Assembly: GCA_965637545.1 (NCBI GenBank)
Contig: OZ281498.1
Location: 4,526,001 to 4,590,000 of the forward strand
Length of the DNA stretch: 64,000 nucleotides
Direction of reading: 5' to 3'
DNA from: Phallusia mammillata
Taxonomy: Eukaryota
The notes under the pieces are model-generated. The model made no database searches. It had not been told where the DNA came from and was given only the letters and a program-made list of their open reading frames with translations. Position numbers and translations under genes: made by a program. Below are positions 37,001 through 49,000 of the stretch, piece after piece (position 1 is the stretch's first letter; the number at the start of each line of letters is the position of its first letter).

Positions 37001-40000
37001 AGCGCAGGGCTGTGATATAACACCTTAAAACTATTTTTAGGGCTTTATCCATCCGTCGTAAATCTGGCAAGCCAGGCTACAATAAGTTCTAACGCAACGT
37101 GCGGGTTGCGAGGTTCAGAGAAATATTGCAAATTGGTGGAACACGTGGATCGACGGACCTTGCGAAGTCAGCAATGTTCGGTAAGAGGCTCACCCAGGCC
37201 TTGAGAATCTTGACCTTAGCTACACTTTTCCTTTGCAGTGTTTGCTGCAGTTACCGATTTAAAAGAGTAGTGTTGATATTCTTTGACAATTTTTGTTATG
37301 CGTTTGAAGATTGTTTTAAAAACATACGGTGAATTTTTGACCTCCTTTCGCTAAAAATGTATCTTTTTAGCTTGCGAGTAAAAATGTATGTAATAATTTT
37401 GGCTTTTCTCGTTCGCAGATGTGCGATGCAAGCAGTCGAGTGAACCAGCATCCCATCGAGTACGCAATCGACGGATACGGGGGACGATGGTGGCAGAGTC
37501 CCACTATCGACCAAGGTTACCAAAACCATTACGTCACCATAACGTTGGACTTGAAGCAAGTAAGTGCGTGCGGCGACTTCCTTTCGTCGACCTGTCAATA
37601 CGGACTATAGGAATTGTTTGCTGTAGTCTTGTTCCCACAGGCTAATCCCGCCAGGGGAAATGAGCGCATTTTTGCCTTTCGTGCCGTGCGAAATAACGCG
37701 TTACTTTCAGGGGCGACGCGATAAGCCTATCTGTTGACATTGCAACGTATTTTTGCTGCTGTGGCCGAGCGAGGGGCGGGTAAAGCGCACAATGGCTACC
37801 GCGACACGCTAAGGCACAAGCGCCCGTCGGAAATACCGACTTTTCAAACCCAGTGGGGTCGCGTATAACAATGGACCAACAGTCGTTTGAAGGTGGGGCA
37901 CTTGAGCGGGGTAATTCAATCGCGGGGAAAGTGTCTATGTTTGGGACTTTGCAAACGTTTGAACTCACGCCTCGCAGGCCCGACCCTAACGATCAGTTTT
38001 TTTCGGCAAATATCACATCGAGGGTGGAGTCGGGCATATTTTTCGTGTTCTTAATCATTCCGTGAGAGCCATTGTTGCAAAAGTCGAAGCCTCGAATCGC
38101 AAAGGTTAACTGGGAAATCGGTACGTGTTTCCCACGGTGTGGTTAGTTCTAACAAAATAGTATTACAATTTACGCAAATGTTTTAACCTGTAAGTTAGTT
38201 AACAAATGCAAAATATCATGATCATTAAACATGTTCATCACAGCGCTTATGTAAAGGTGTGTAAAACCAAAAGAAATCACATGACGTAATGGCAAACGAA
38301 AGTGATTACATGGCAACAAGTTACGACCCAAGGGTCAAAATCCTTACGGTTAGGCCGTGTCGGGTTGCGGGTTGGTGGTGTGTTGTTGTGGCAACCTCGC
38401 GATTCTTTACAAGTGACAATATGGGAGAGGTAACAAGCTACTATTGCGAGCTTCGCTACTGCATGATTGCCTGCATCACAAATGCCCTTTACTGAAAGCG
38501 TCTGAAGGCAATTGCTTCACACGTCAGACTATTCCCATGGCAATACTGATTAGGATAAGAATTTAACGCGTACAGTAGGCTCACTGGTTAGTAAAAACGG
38601 GGCAACAATATTTTGTTAGGGAAGCGTTTAAGGCTGACAAGTTTACGAAGCAACCGCAGATTTTTACCAGCAGGACAAACTTTTGGGGGCGTTTTGCCCA
38701 TTGAATTGAGTGTTTTAGATAATCCATGGACATTTATTCCATTAAAACTAGATTACAGCGATGCTTAATTAAAATTGATGGTTTATGGCACTATCGCGTT
38801 TACCGATACAGGACAAAATGTAAAAAAACGTGGCGCTTTTATTTAAATGGACCGTAATCATGGCTGACTTCGGCGCGCTAGGTAAACAAACATAGCAATC
38901 AAAGAATTCAGCGATTCGGTCTTAGTACGGAAATTGGTTTATTACGCAATGGCACAAGGTCGAAAGTTTGAAAAATTTACATTCCGGCAAATCTACAAAA
39001 CGAGCAGTTTTAACAGATCAAAGAATTAAACGCGTATGGGGCAAATTTTGAATAGGCGTGTCCTTATCACGTCATAAAAACAACTTCGATCAAAGGGTTT
39101 TAGCTCAAAATGGTAAATTGTTTTGATGGAGATTTGCCGAAAATTGCCCATATAGCAAGCCCAATTTTCACTGTAATCCGCCGAAGATTGGTTGCTTATA
39201 GCTCTGTGCTTTCGAGGCTTTAAAGTTGCGAAATAAGCCATTAGCAACGACCGACTGAGGCGTCCAATGCACAGTAATTGCAGAGATGACTATTCGCGCG
39301 ATGTTGTGGGTAAGGTTCTAAACTCGGCAAAGGACATCCGGTTGCTCGGAACGCAGCATCCATATTTAGCAAGACTCTGCGTCTAGTTAGCTCGAGTCAT
39401 AGCTTTCCTCTTTAACGCAAAGCTGTTTATCCCATCAACGTCTGAACAAACTCAATTTTCAATTACTACGCCTTCCGAGCCCGTAATGTCCTCGGTGTTC
39501 TCACGCACGCTTCTTCACGGCATTGCTCTTGCCATTTGCACGCGCTGAGATATACGTGTGCCTCACGCGAGGTTTGTTTTATGAACTCAATTAGAGATTG
39601 CAGTTCGTCGGATCGCTGGCGTTTCTTTGTCGATTTGGTTGCTGAAATGTAACGATTTGAGTTATTTTTTGCCTCGAAATAAGCTGTGGCAATATCCCGT
39701 TCGACCCGCTTAAATACTTTTAAGGTTTGCGCCGATTTGTCAACTTGCTGCCTCATGCGTCATCCACGCGCTTGCGGGTGACAAACGCACGCGAACATTT
39801 GGTCTCTTGGGACAAAAACAACACGCAGGATCAAAACCCTGCACCAAATATAACGTAGGGCGCTTTTGTGCCACCTAGGCGAAATAACAGCACCACAAAA
39901 CTTCGCTGCAGCGAATTTTATAAGCGCAATGCGCTTGTGGTCTTTCGCATCAAACACAGCAAAGTGGTCTCCGCCTTCAGTGTAACCCAACCCTTGATTG

Positions 40001-43000
40001 CAGCCACAAATCGGGGTTTGATTTCACCGTACGATTGCGCGCCGTTGCTTTTGATCGCATGTACCGTCGCGGTGCCAACGAAGGGCGGGGGCCGTTTACT
40101 TTCCACGACGAGTTTACACAACAATCACTCGCGCGCTTACTGTTTAGGCACGACATCACACAACAAGGTGCATTACGTCATTCCGATTTGAAGGCCCGTT
40201 TCGGTTTTCCCGTGAATAGACGAAAAATGTTTCCAGGCTCTTGTCTAAAACAGGCACGGTCCTGGCAGGATCAGAAAGCAGTCGCCAAATTTCCTGTCTG
40301 CGTTCGCCGTAAACAACACTCTGTATAGTTGGACATCATCGCCATTGCTACTTTTTCGTGCTGAATCATTCTTTCTGCTCAATTAAGGTTCACTTGGTTT
40401 AGGAGCCATATAACAACAAATGCGCGGTTCATATATCTCCAGATCGGGCGTGGTTTCGTTGTCTGGGCAAAAACATATATATTATGGTTCAGGTGACAGC
40501 CCGACACCATTAAACTCATAATCTTGCCATCGCAAAACTAAACTTGGTCGAGTATCCGTTCTACACGCGATAGAATCTGCGCCAAATCGCCGCTAATCTA
40601 TTGAATCCCCGCCCTTTGATAACGACCGCGAGACTGTCGTTAGTCTGGTATAGGTCAAGTCACGTGATCGGGCAACAGCTGCGTCAGTTCGGGGTCTGAC
40701 ATTTGGTGACACGGCGAACAATTTCCCTACCTGCAGTGACAAGAATATGTGGCCTCGCAACCGCAGGAAATAAGAAATAATTTTCCTCTCTTCGAAGGTC
40801 TTTCAAGTCGCCTATGTGATCGTGAAAGCGGCCAACGCCCCGCGCCCAGGCAACTGGATTCTCGAAAAATCAATCGACGGAATCAAATGGTTTCCGTGGC
40901 AATATTTTGCTACCTCCGATAGGTAATTATCCACGCATTTTTCCAACGTGACTGACCGGTTTGCTTCGGCGTTGGACGCGCGCCATTGCCAAATTAAGTC
41001 ACACACGGCGTGTTGTGACATTTTGCAAGAAATCTTTTTTGTTCACAGAGAATGCGTGCAAGTTTATGGAACAAGAGCAGCGGGACGAGGCCCGCCGAGA
41101 TATACCTCCGACACAGAGGTCATATGTACCTCGTACTTCTCGAAAATTATCCCGCTGCAAAATGGCGAGGTACGGCAAATCTTACAGTGACCACTGATTA
41201 GCGGGTAATACGACTAACACATGCTTTAGATTCATGTATCACTAATCAACGGTCGACCAAGTGCAGAAAACCCATCCAAAGACCTCATGGAGTTTACGTC
41301 AGCTCGTCACATTCGTTTAAGATTGCAAAAAATTCGAACGCTGTATGGTGACCTAATGGCAATCAGCCAGTTTTCGGCACACTACCAAGACCCGTCCGTC
41401 ACAAGAAGAGTAAGTTGTTTCTACATTTAGCACGACCACCAACGTAAAGTCTTTAAATAGATTTTATATCAAGGTTTAACCTTAAATCAGTTCCAATGGA
41501 CAAAGGCAGTTCAGTTGTCGCCTAATAATTATGTGAAGTTTAACTTTTAAACGTCATCTATAGCACAGAAACATGTATTTTAATGACGGAAATGTTATAG
41601 GTGGCGTAACATAACAGGGCGTACAGCGTAAAATGGACCTCACATTAATAGTCATGCCCGTGCAACCCATAAATGGTAGTCATGGAGCCATGATGTGGTG
41701 GCAGCGAAATCAAATGGCCTTCGCGTAATTTTCCCAGCAACCAGCGTTGCGATGTTTTTGCCATTTCAAGGGACGATTCGCTTCTAAACAGGTCGGCGAG
41801 TAGAAAGTGACTTGATACAATTTGTCTGGCCGCGATTCGAGGCGCGCATTTCGTTTAAGGAGAGCACGCTGATTTGTTGACGTTTGGGATTGGGTTTTAT
41901 GGACTCATGTCCCGTGTCCACGCCTATTTGATTGACTAAACGCGTAAAGGCGAGAAGGCGTCAACTGATCTGGCGGTCCCCTTTTTGTTCCTTAGATGCG
42001 AGACAGTTGGGTGAGTTGAAAAGGTTAAATGGCAGTGAAAGGTAACCACATTGCGACGTTAACGAAATCGCTGTAAGGTTACAAAAACGAAATTTGACGA
42101 TTTGTTTTAACGCCATTGTGGAAAGAAAAAAAGGCGTTTAGTTTTTTTCTGGTTCCTGAACCATTAATTTCATCCGTAAACTTTCGTTTGACACATAAAA
42201 AATAAATTAACTTTAAATTTAATACCCTAATCTCCAGCAGTTTTTAATATTGTACAATGATAAACATTTGCCGACGACCAGTAATCTCTTCATATCAGAG
42301 ACGATATCAAACTGTGAAGCGTCCGTACTGAAAGACCGCCGCAATTTTGTGTGCCAGATTTATCGTTATTGTTGCCAGCATACAACAGGATTTGTGAGAT
42401 GTTTACTTAGAGCCGCAACGTATTGCACAAAGTGGTCTTGTGAGGAGGATCGCATTTCGTCCACAATTCAACATCACTCGGGCATTTTTTTCATGAGTCA
42501 GACGCAGGAAAATTGGTACTCGAGAAACGAGCAAAGTGGCAGACGTTCGGCTGTTGTTGGCCGAATATTTGGATGTCTTTTCATCTCAATCCGCTCTACC
42601 TCAGAGGGGAAGGGCTGTGTAATGGGAAAGGGCGACGTTGCGGCTCGAACAGTGACATTTGCGTAACGGTTCAAGAGAAGTTGTCAGTTTCACCAGTTTA
42701 AAAACATTATCCAAAGAGTCAGGAAGCAGAAAGCTAAAATTGTGAACGAGTAGAGTGAAAGGATTAATATAGTACCGAACTGCTGTAGATTTTGTAGAAT
42801 AAGTTTTTTTTTCTTTTCAAAGAAAGCAGATTTTTTTAGTTTGCCACGAACTAAAACACATTTTTTTCTGTATTTGTTTAGATTGTGCTGCAAAAAAAGA
42901 GCTTTCAGATTTGCTGCAAAAACGAGCAATTTTGCATGTAGTCTATCAATGAAAAATATTGTGCAAGGGTCAAGAATTTGTTTTGAACTTTTTGAGAAAT

Positions 43001-46000
43001 ACCTATAGCAGCAATGCAAATACCGCTTTGTTGCATTGGGTCTGTTTTCGCCATCGTTATGCAAACATTGATGCAAGCATCGCAGACAATATCGATGGAA
43101 TATGCAAAAACTACACATACAAATCGAAGTGTAATATACATACCAAGCAGACATTTACGCGTTTTGAGGAGAACTGACGAAACCCTTTTTCCGGATTTAC
43201 ATTTACCCCAGGAAAATAACAAAAGTTTGGCCAGAAACGAAAGAGGTTTATTTGGCAAAACGCTGATACGGCGTCGAGGTCGTATTTCTCTCGGTCAAAT
43301 ACTGGCGATAGCCCGCGATCTGTGCCCGTGTGGTGTCAGGGAGTTAAACAACACCAAACAGGTTTGGGGATTTTCTTGTCTTACGATTTTAATCCGCTTG
43401 AGGGTAGTGCTAGGCAAAAGCAAGCACGAAAGTATTTTTGCAAGTTATAATGGGGCTTGGTAGTTACGTGGGCGGATGAAGGCAATTGTCGATCAAATGC
43501 TTTTGCGGCATTTTTGATATGGGAATCCAGTAACGGCCTAGAATTAATTCGGGCGGCGGCATAATAGGCCCGCGCGGCAACGCAGTTTAAACAGTGGGTT
43601 AACGATCACTTGTTGGTGCCGCGTCGACAGACTCGCTTTTGACTTACTATTGTGGTCCGGGCCTTTAACAGGCCTTTAATGGGCAATAAAAGTGATTAAT
43701 TAAAAGCCCCGCTCCAACGCGAAACTGCCTTGCGAGCACTTGTCGCGGGCAGATTTACTTGCATGTATGGATGTGGCTTCCCAACACCAGGTGGTTATTA
43801 GCTTGGCACAGAGTGCGCTGCGTGTTTGACCTCTACGAACTTTCGAACCACGCCGTGCTTCGAACCACTTTTGATACGGGTGCAGCCGTTTCGTATCCCA
43901 CGATCGTCTTGCGAAGCCACTATAATCACCGCTCTTTGTGTAAGCATCGGTTTTGGCTAATTCAGGGAGGAATAGTCGATTAACATATTTTCTACGTTAG
44001 TCCGAAAACAAAGCACTTGTAGAACGTTTGACCACTTCCTCATTCTAAAAAGAGAGTTCCGCTTACGGTATTAAACAATCTGTTTGGTTTAACCAGTTAA
44101 CTTTAATAGCCGTGTCCCAAATCGCTTAAATTTGACCTGGGTAAGGGACAATCGCCGAGTGCTTGGCGAACAACGCTGTCGTTGAGCGCGTCATAAGCGG
44201 ATAATGCCACTACAAACCAGACTCACCCAACTTACATCGTAACGCCCTAATACGGCAACCGCGTTGTGTTTAGACGAACAGCCGCCTGCAGATGTGTCGA
44301 AATATCCGGCATTGGGCGAAAGCAAAAAAGCGCCTAATTAACACATAACGTAATGCGAAAATGAGCCACTTATAGGACAGTAGGGATTACTTCGTTGAAT
44401 ACACAGAAGGCTTGCGCTATCTGGTAGCATTACTGACAACTTAACGACTGTGGCGAGAAGATGAAGTCATTGACTATGCACAAGCACAAAAGTGGCGTCT
44501 TATCGGATAAAGCCAGCGGGAAATCGGATTTTCCGTATTACGCGCATTTAACCACGGAAAGTGTTTATATGCGGACGGGCTGGTAGCACGCGTTGCGAAC
44601 CTGGTCACGTTTGTTGACGGTGATCACGTGGTTTCTGTGTTTCACGCCAACATCCGAAACGGGAAAGTGAAACGGATTTCGGTTTTCTTTCGTGCGCCAA
44701 TCGGATCGAGCGTTGGTCTGTAGGAAATGGCCTCTTGTGGTGACGTTTATCAACCAACACATTGTCCCGGTTACGCAAACAAATCGAAAATAGTCATTCA
44801 TTGTAGCAACCAATTAGTAACTAATGTTGAAGTGAATATTATGCGTTACAAATCGATGTTCGTTTCAACATGTTTGGCTCTAATGGTGAATTTTTTTACA
44901 GTATTATTACTCGATCAAAGACATCAGTATCGGCGGAATGTGCATTTGTTACGGCCACGCCAGTACTTGTCCAACAGATTCAAGAACAGGGGTAGGTTAT
45001 TACTTGTTTCCTTGTGAAATTTTACTTCGGCTTGCACACCGCAAGATGATTGACAGATATGGATTACATAACCTTTTAGCGGAAACGACCTGTTTTTTTC
45101 ATTTCGGCTACAGATTTTCAGATGTGCTTGTGAACACAACACTGTGGGCCCGAATTGTGAACAATGCCTTCCCGGCTTTCAACAATACAAGTGGAGACCG
45201 GGCAACGATGGATTTCAGTGTGAAGGTATTTTAACGGCATGTGAACGGGATCCAAAGATTTCCGCTATGAACGGGAGTGTGTTGGGAAACATAGATTTAA
45301 TGCCATTTTCATGTTTAACAGCGTGCAACTGCCACGGACACTCAGACGATTGTTTCTACGACGAAGGGGTTGCCGAAAGAAGAGAAAGTTTGAACCAATT
45401 GGGTGAATACCTTGGCGGAGGCGTTTGCGTGGGATGCAAGGATAATACAGAGGGAATTAATTGTCAAACGTAAGTTTTCTATAGGATGTTCATCGGGTCA
45501 GAAATGTCATATAAACCCGTTTTTTGTCATAACCAACGTGAATTAAAAATATCGTTCACCAGAAATCAAAATATGGCATCATGTCTGTTTTAGGTGCATC
45601 GACGGATTTTACCGCCCTTATGCAGCAGAGCCGGACGACGTCAACCCTTGTGTGAGTTGCGATTGCGATCCGTATGGCGGCCGAAGAGTGCCATCGCGCA
45701 CCGGACCGTACGTTTGCGTCAAAGATATTACGTTTATCGACAGTGAAAACGACCTTTATCCGGGTTCATGTTACTGCAATGAGGGATTCGCCGGAAGCAG
45801 ATGCGACAGGTAAACGAAAATATTCCTTTCATCTGCAATCTGATCCAAGTTTGCTCGATAAAACATGGATATTGTGGCGCAGGTGTGCTTTTGGATATCG
45901 TGGATTCCCTCGCTGTGATCCTTGTCCTTGCAATGTCGCTGGAAGTCGCAATGTCGATCCTTGCGTTGGTGAATGTGCTTGCAAAGTAAGTGGCTCACAA

Positions 46001-49000
46001 TGATCAATTAAAACTGACTCTCATCAACAACAAAATTCGTTACATAGGCCAACGTTGTGGGTGAAGGTTGTTCCCAATGCAAGACAGGATACTTTAACAT
46101 GCAACGCGACAACCCTAGCGGCTGCGAGAGGTGTTACTGCAGTGGCGTCGCGCTGAATTGCGCCTCGGCCGATCTAAGATGGTAAGCCGATATTCGATTA
46201 TTGACGGAAGCGGTTAACCTTAACACACACTTGGCGTGCATAATCTCCAGGTCTACAATACACACAAACCACAACTGGGAAGTGCGAGACAGACGAAACC
46301 GACGTCGAGTGACGCCGCAGTTCGATTACGATCTCAACGAGCCTTACGTGGAACACGGACAAACAGCACGTGACCTAGGCACAGCCATGTACTACTGGGC
46401 AGCGCCCGTACAATATTTAGGTAGGAGTTATAATTAGTTATTGGGTCAAATGTCAAAGTGCTTTTGGCTTAGATATTTTTCTGAACCCTGTTGTGTAATT
46501 GGTATCGAAGTCATTTGTGGGTTTGTTTTCAGGAGAGCGCCTGTCATCGTATGGTGGAACATTGCGCTACACTGTGTCCTATGATATTCTGCAAGGTTCA
46601 CAAGCGCTGCCAATTCAGGATGCCGACGTTATAATGGAGGTAAAAAAACTAACAACGACATTTTTATTTCGCTATGTATTTTGGTACATACAAACTATGC
46701 TCTTTTGGCAAATACTGTTTGTGATGAGTAAGTACTTTTTCCATGCAGGGAAACGGAAGATCCTTAACATACAACTACATGGGAAGTTTGGTTTATCCAC
46801 AAGAAGAAACCGAAGTTTTAATCAAACTGGAAGCCAATAAGGATAGGGATGTATCTGGTTGGGTTGATTCCAATTCCCTGCTACCAGCGAGCAAAGAGGA
46901 AATCATGACAGTTCTTCAACACGTGACCCGCCTGTACATCAGAGCAGTTTACAGCAGAAATGCTGGGGCAGTTTACAGGTGCGCAAATATTTTTGTTCAT
47001 GCCGCGAGGTTGCTGATCAACGTTTGACTTTTAAACGTTTGTGTGTTTGATTTGTTGTTTAATATAACTTATGCGTAGAATACGGGATGTGTACATGCAA
47101 GCAGCAACGGAAAATGGAGAAGGAGCAACAGCACATTCAGTAGAGAAATGTCGTTGCCCTCCGGGCTACACCGGATTCTCCTGTGAGAACTGCGCAGGGG
47201 GTTACTGGAGGTGACGTGATGTGCAATGAAAGCAAACCACAAGTTTTACCACATACCATAAAACGCTTGTTCGTTGCAGGAGCGGAAGGATGTGTCTACC
47301 CTGTCAGTGTAACGGACATTCAAATTCTTGTAACCCACTAAATGGTGCCTGTGAGGTATATGAGGCAAAACTTGTGAATTTCTTCTTAGTCGCAGAACAA
47401 CACGTAAACATTAGATATTGTTGACAGAATTGCCAACATAACACGATGGGAATGCACTGCGAACGATGTAAACCTGGATTCTACGGTGATTCCACAACAG
47501 GAACTCGAGATGATTGTCAAATGTATGTAAACATTGTAAGTGCCAGGAAATACTGATGTGTATTAAGCATTTCTTACATTAATTAGGTGTTCCTGTCCAC
47601 TACCGATCGCCAGCAACAACTTCAGTCCGCTGTGCTATTTGGATCGCACCACATCAGAAATGGTTTGCCTAAAATGCCCGACAGGTTACGCCGGAAAGAG
47701 ATGCGAAACGTGAGCATATCTTTGTGTTTCTCTTTTATACGAAAGTGTTTGCATATAGACTCAAGGCTAGTATTGTCGCTTCACGTGCATACAAAGTAAA
47801 ATATGTCGGACACAAGATTAATTTCATGTGAAAAGGAAAACTCAACTAAAAGGACAAAGTTGTAACTGTGGTTTAACCTTCAAACCGCTTTCAAGCAATT
47901 AGAACCCGTGATGTGGCAAGAAAGGTCGTAGTTTTATCTCCGTTAAACATGTTTTAGCAGTTAAATATACACGATGCTCCACAATTTAGGAACCAATGGC
48001 ACAAAATTACCTTGTTTTATGAGGGTAAATCGTTTGATTTATTTAGTCCTTAATGTTTGCAGATGCGAGCAAGGTTACTTCGGCGACCCGACAACACCTG
48101 GTGGATCATGTCAACTCTGCGAATGCAATGGAAACTCCCAATCGTGTGACTCACTCACTGGGGTGTGCACTTATTGCAGAGGACACACATCAGGAAAACA
48201 TTGCGAAGTCTGTGAACCAGGTAGCTTTATCACTTTGCCGACATCACATCAACAGACCGCATTAATGAAACCTGTTCAATGTGTCCTGTAGCATACTACG
48301 GAGACGCGATCGAGCGAAAAAACTGCGGACCGTGTGAATGCAACGCGGTGGGGTCGGTGAGCCGTCAGTGCCATCTTGTCACGGGTCAGTGCTCGTGCAG
48401 GCCTGGTGTTTACGGGAGGAAGTGTGACGCGTGTGAGGTAAACTGATCTCGCGCCTCGCCATCGGTGGGTGCTAAAACGGTGCGACGACAGAACTGTAAC
48501 GAGTGTTGTTGTTTTTGCCCGCAGAGCGGCCATTACCTCAGCGCAGAGGAACGCATGTGCGTGGCGTGTGAATGCGATGCCACTGGGAGTCTTTCAGAGC
48601 AGTGCGGTGCCGACGGATCTTGCATTTGCCGTTCGGGTGTGGAGGGACGACGCTGCAATTCGTGTGCGCGTGGATACTTTGCATTCAGCGAACTTGGCTG
48701 CATAGGTAATCTAGCATGTAGGTAATGTCGTCTTCGAACGATTTTCATCGCATTGATGTTACTTACCCGATATTTTTTGTGCTTGTCTAGAATGTAACTG
48801 CCAGCACACCAATGGAAACTGCGACACACAAACAGGAGAGTGCATCTGTCCTACAAACACACACGGCTCTGAATGTAGCCAGTGTGTGGAAAACGCATTT
48901 GGGATTGACAGTGTGAATGGGTGCGAGGTATTACAGAATTTTCAACACGCTTATAAGTTTGACTTATACGCCCCCCAGACGATTCCGTAACATGACTAAA

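Noticed and set aside
25200-37040. Scattered T-box, Fox and Su(H)-like words in laminin intron 1
   Set aside because: Short motifs occur at chance frequency; no cluster could be demonstrated by eye.
42250-43258. Overlapping 117-154 aa ORFs in intron 6 (42250 plus; 42690 and 42905 minus)
   Set aside because: No domain similarity or splice support; composition looks like AT-rich non-coding DNA.
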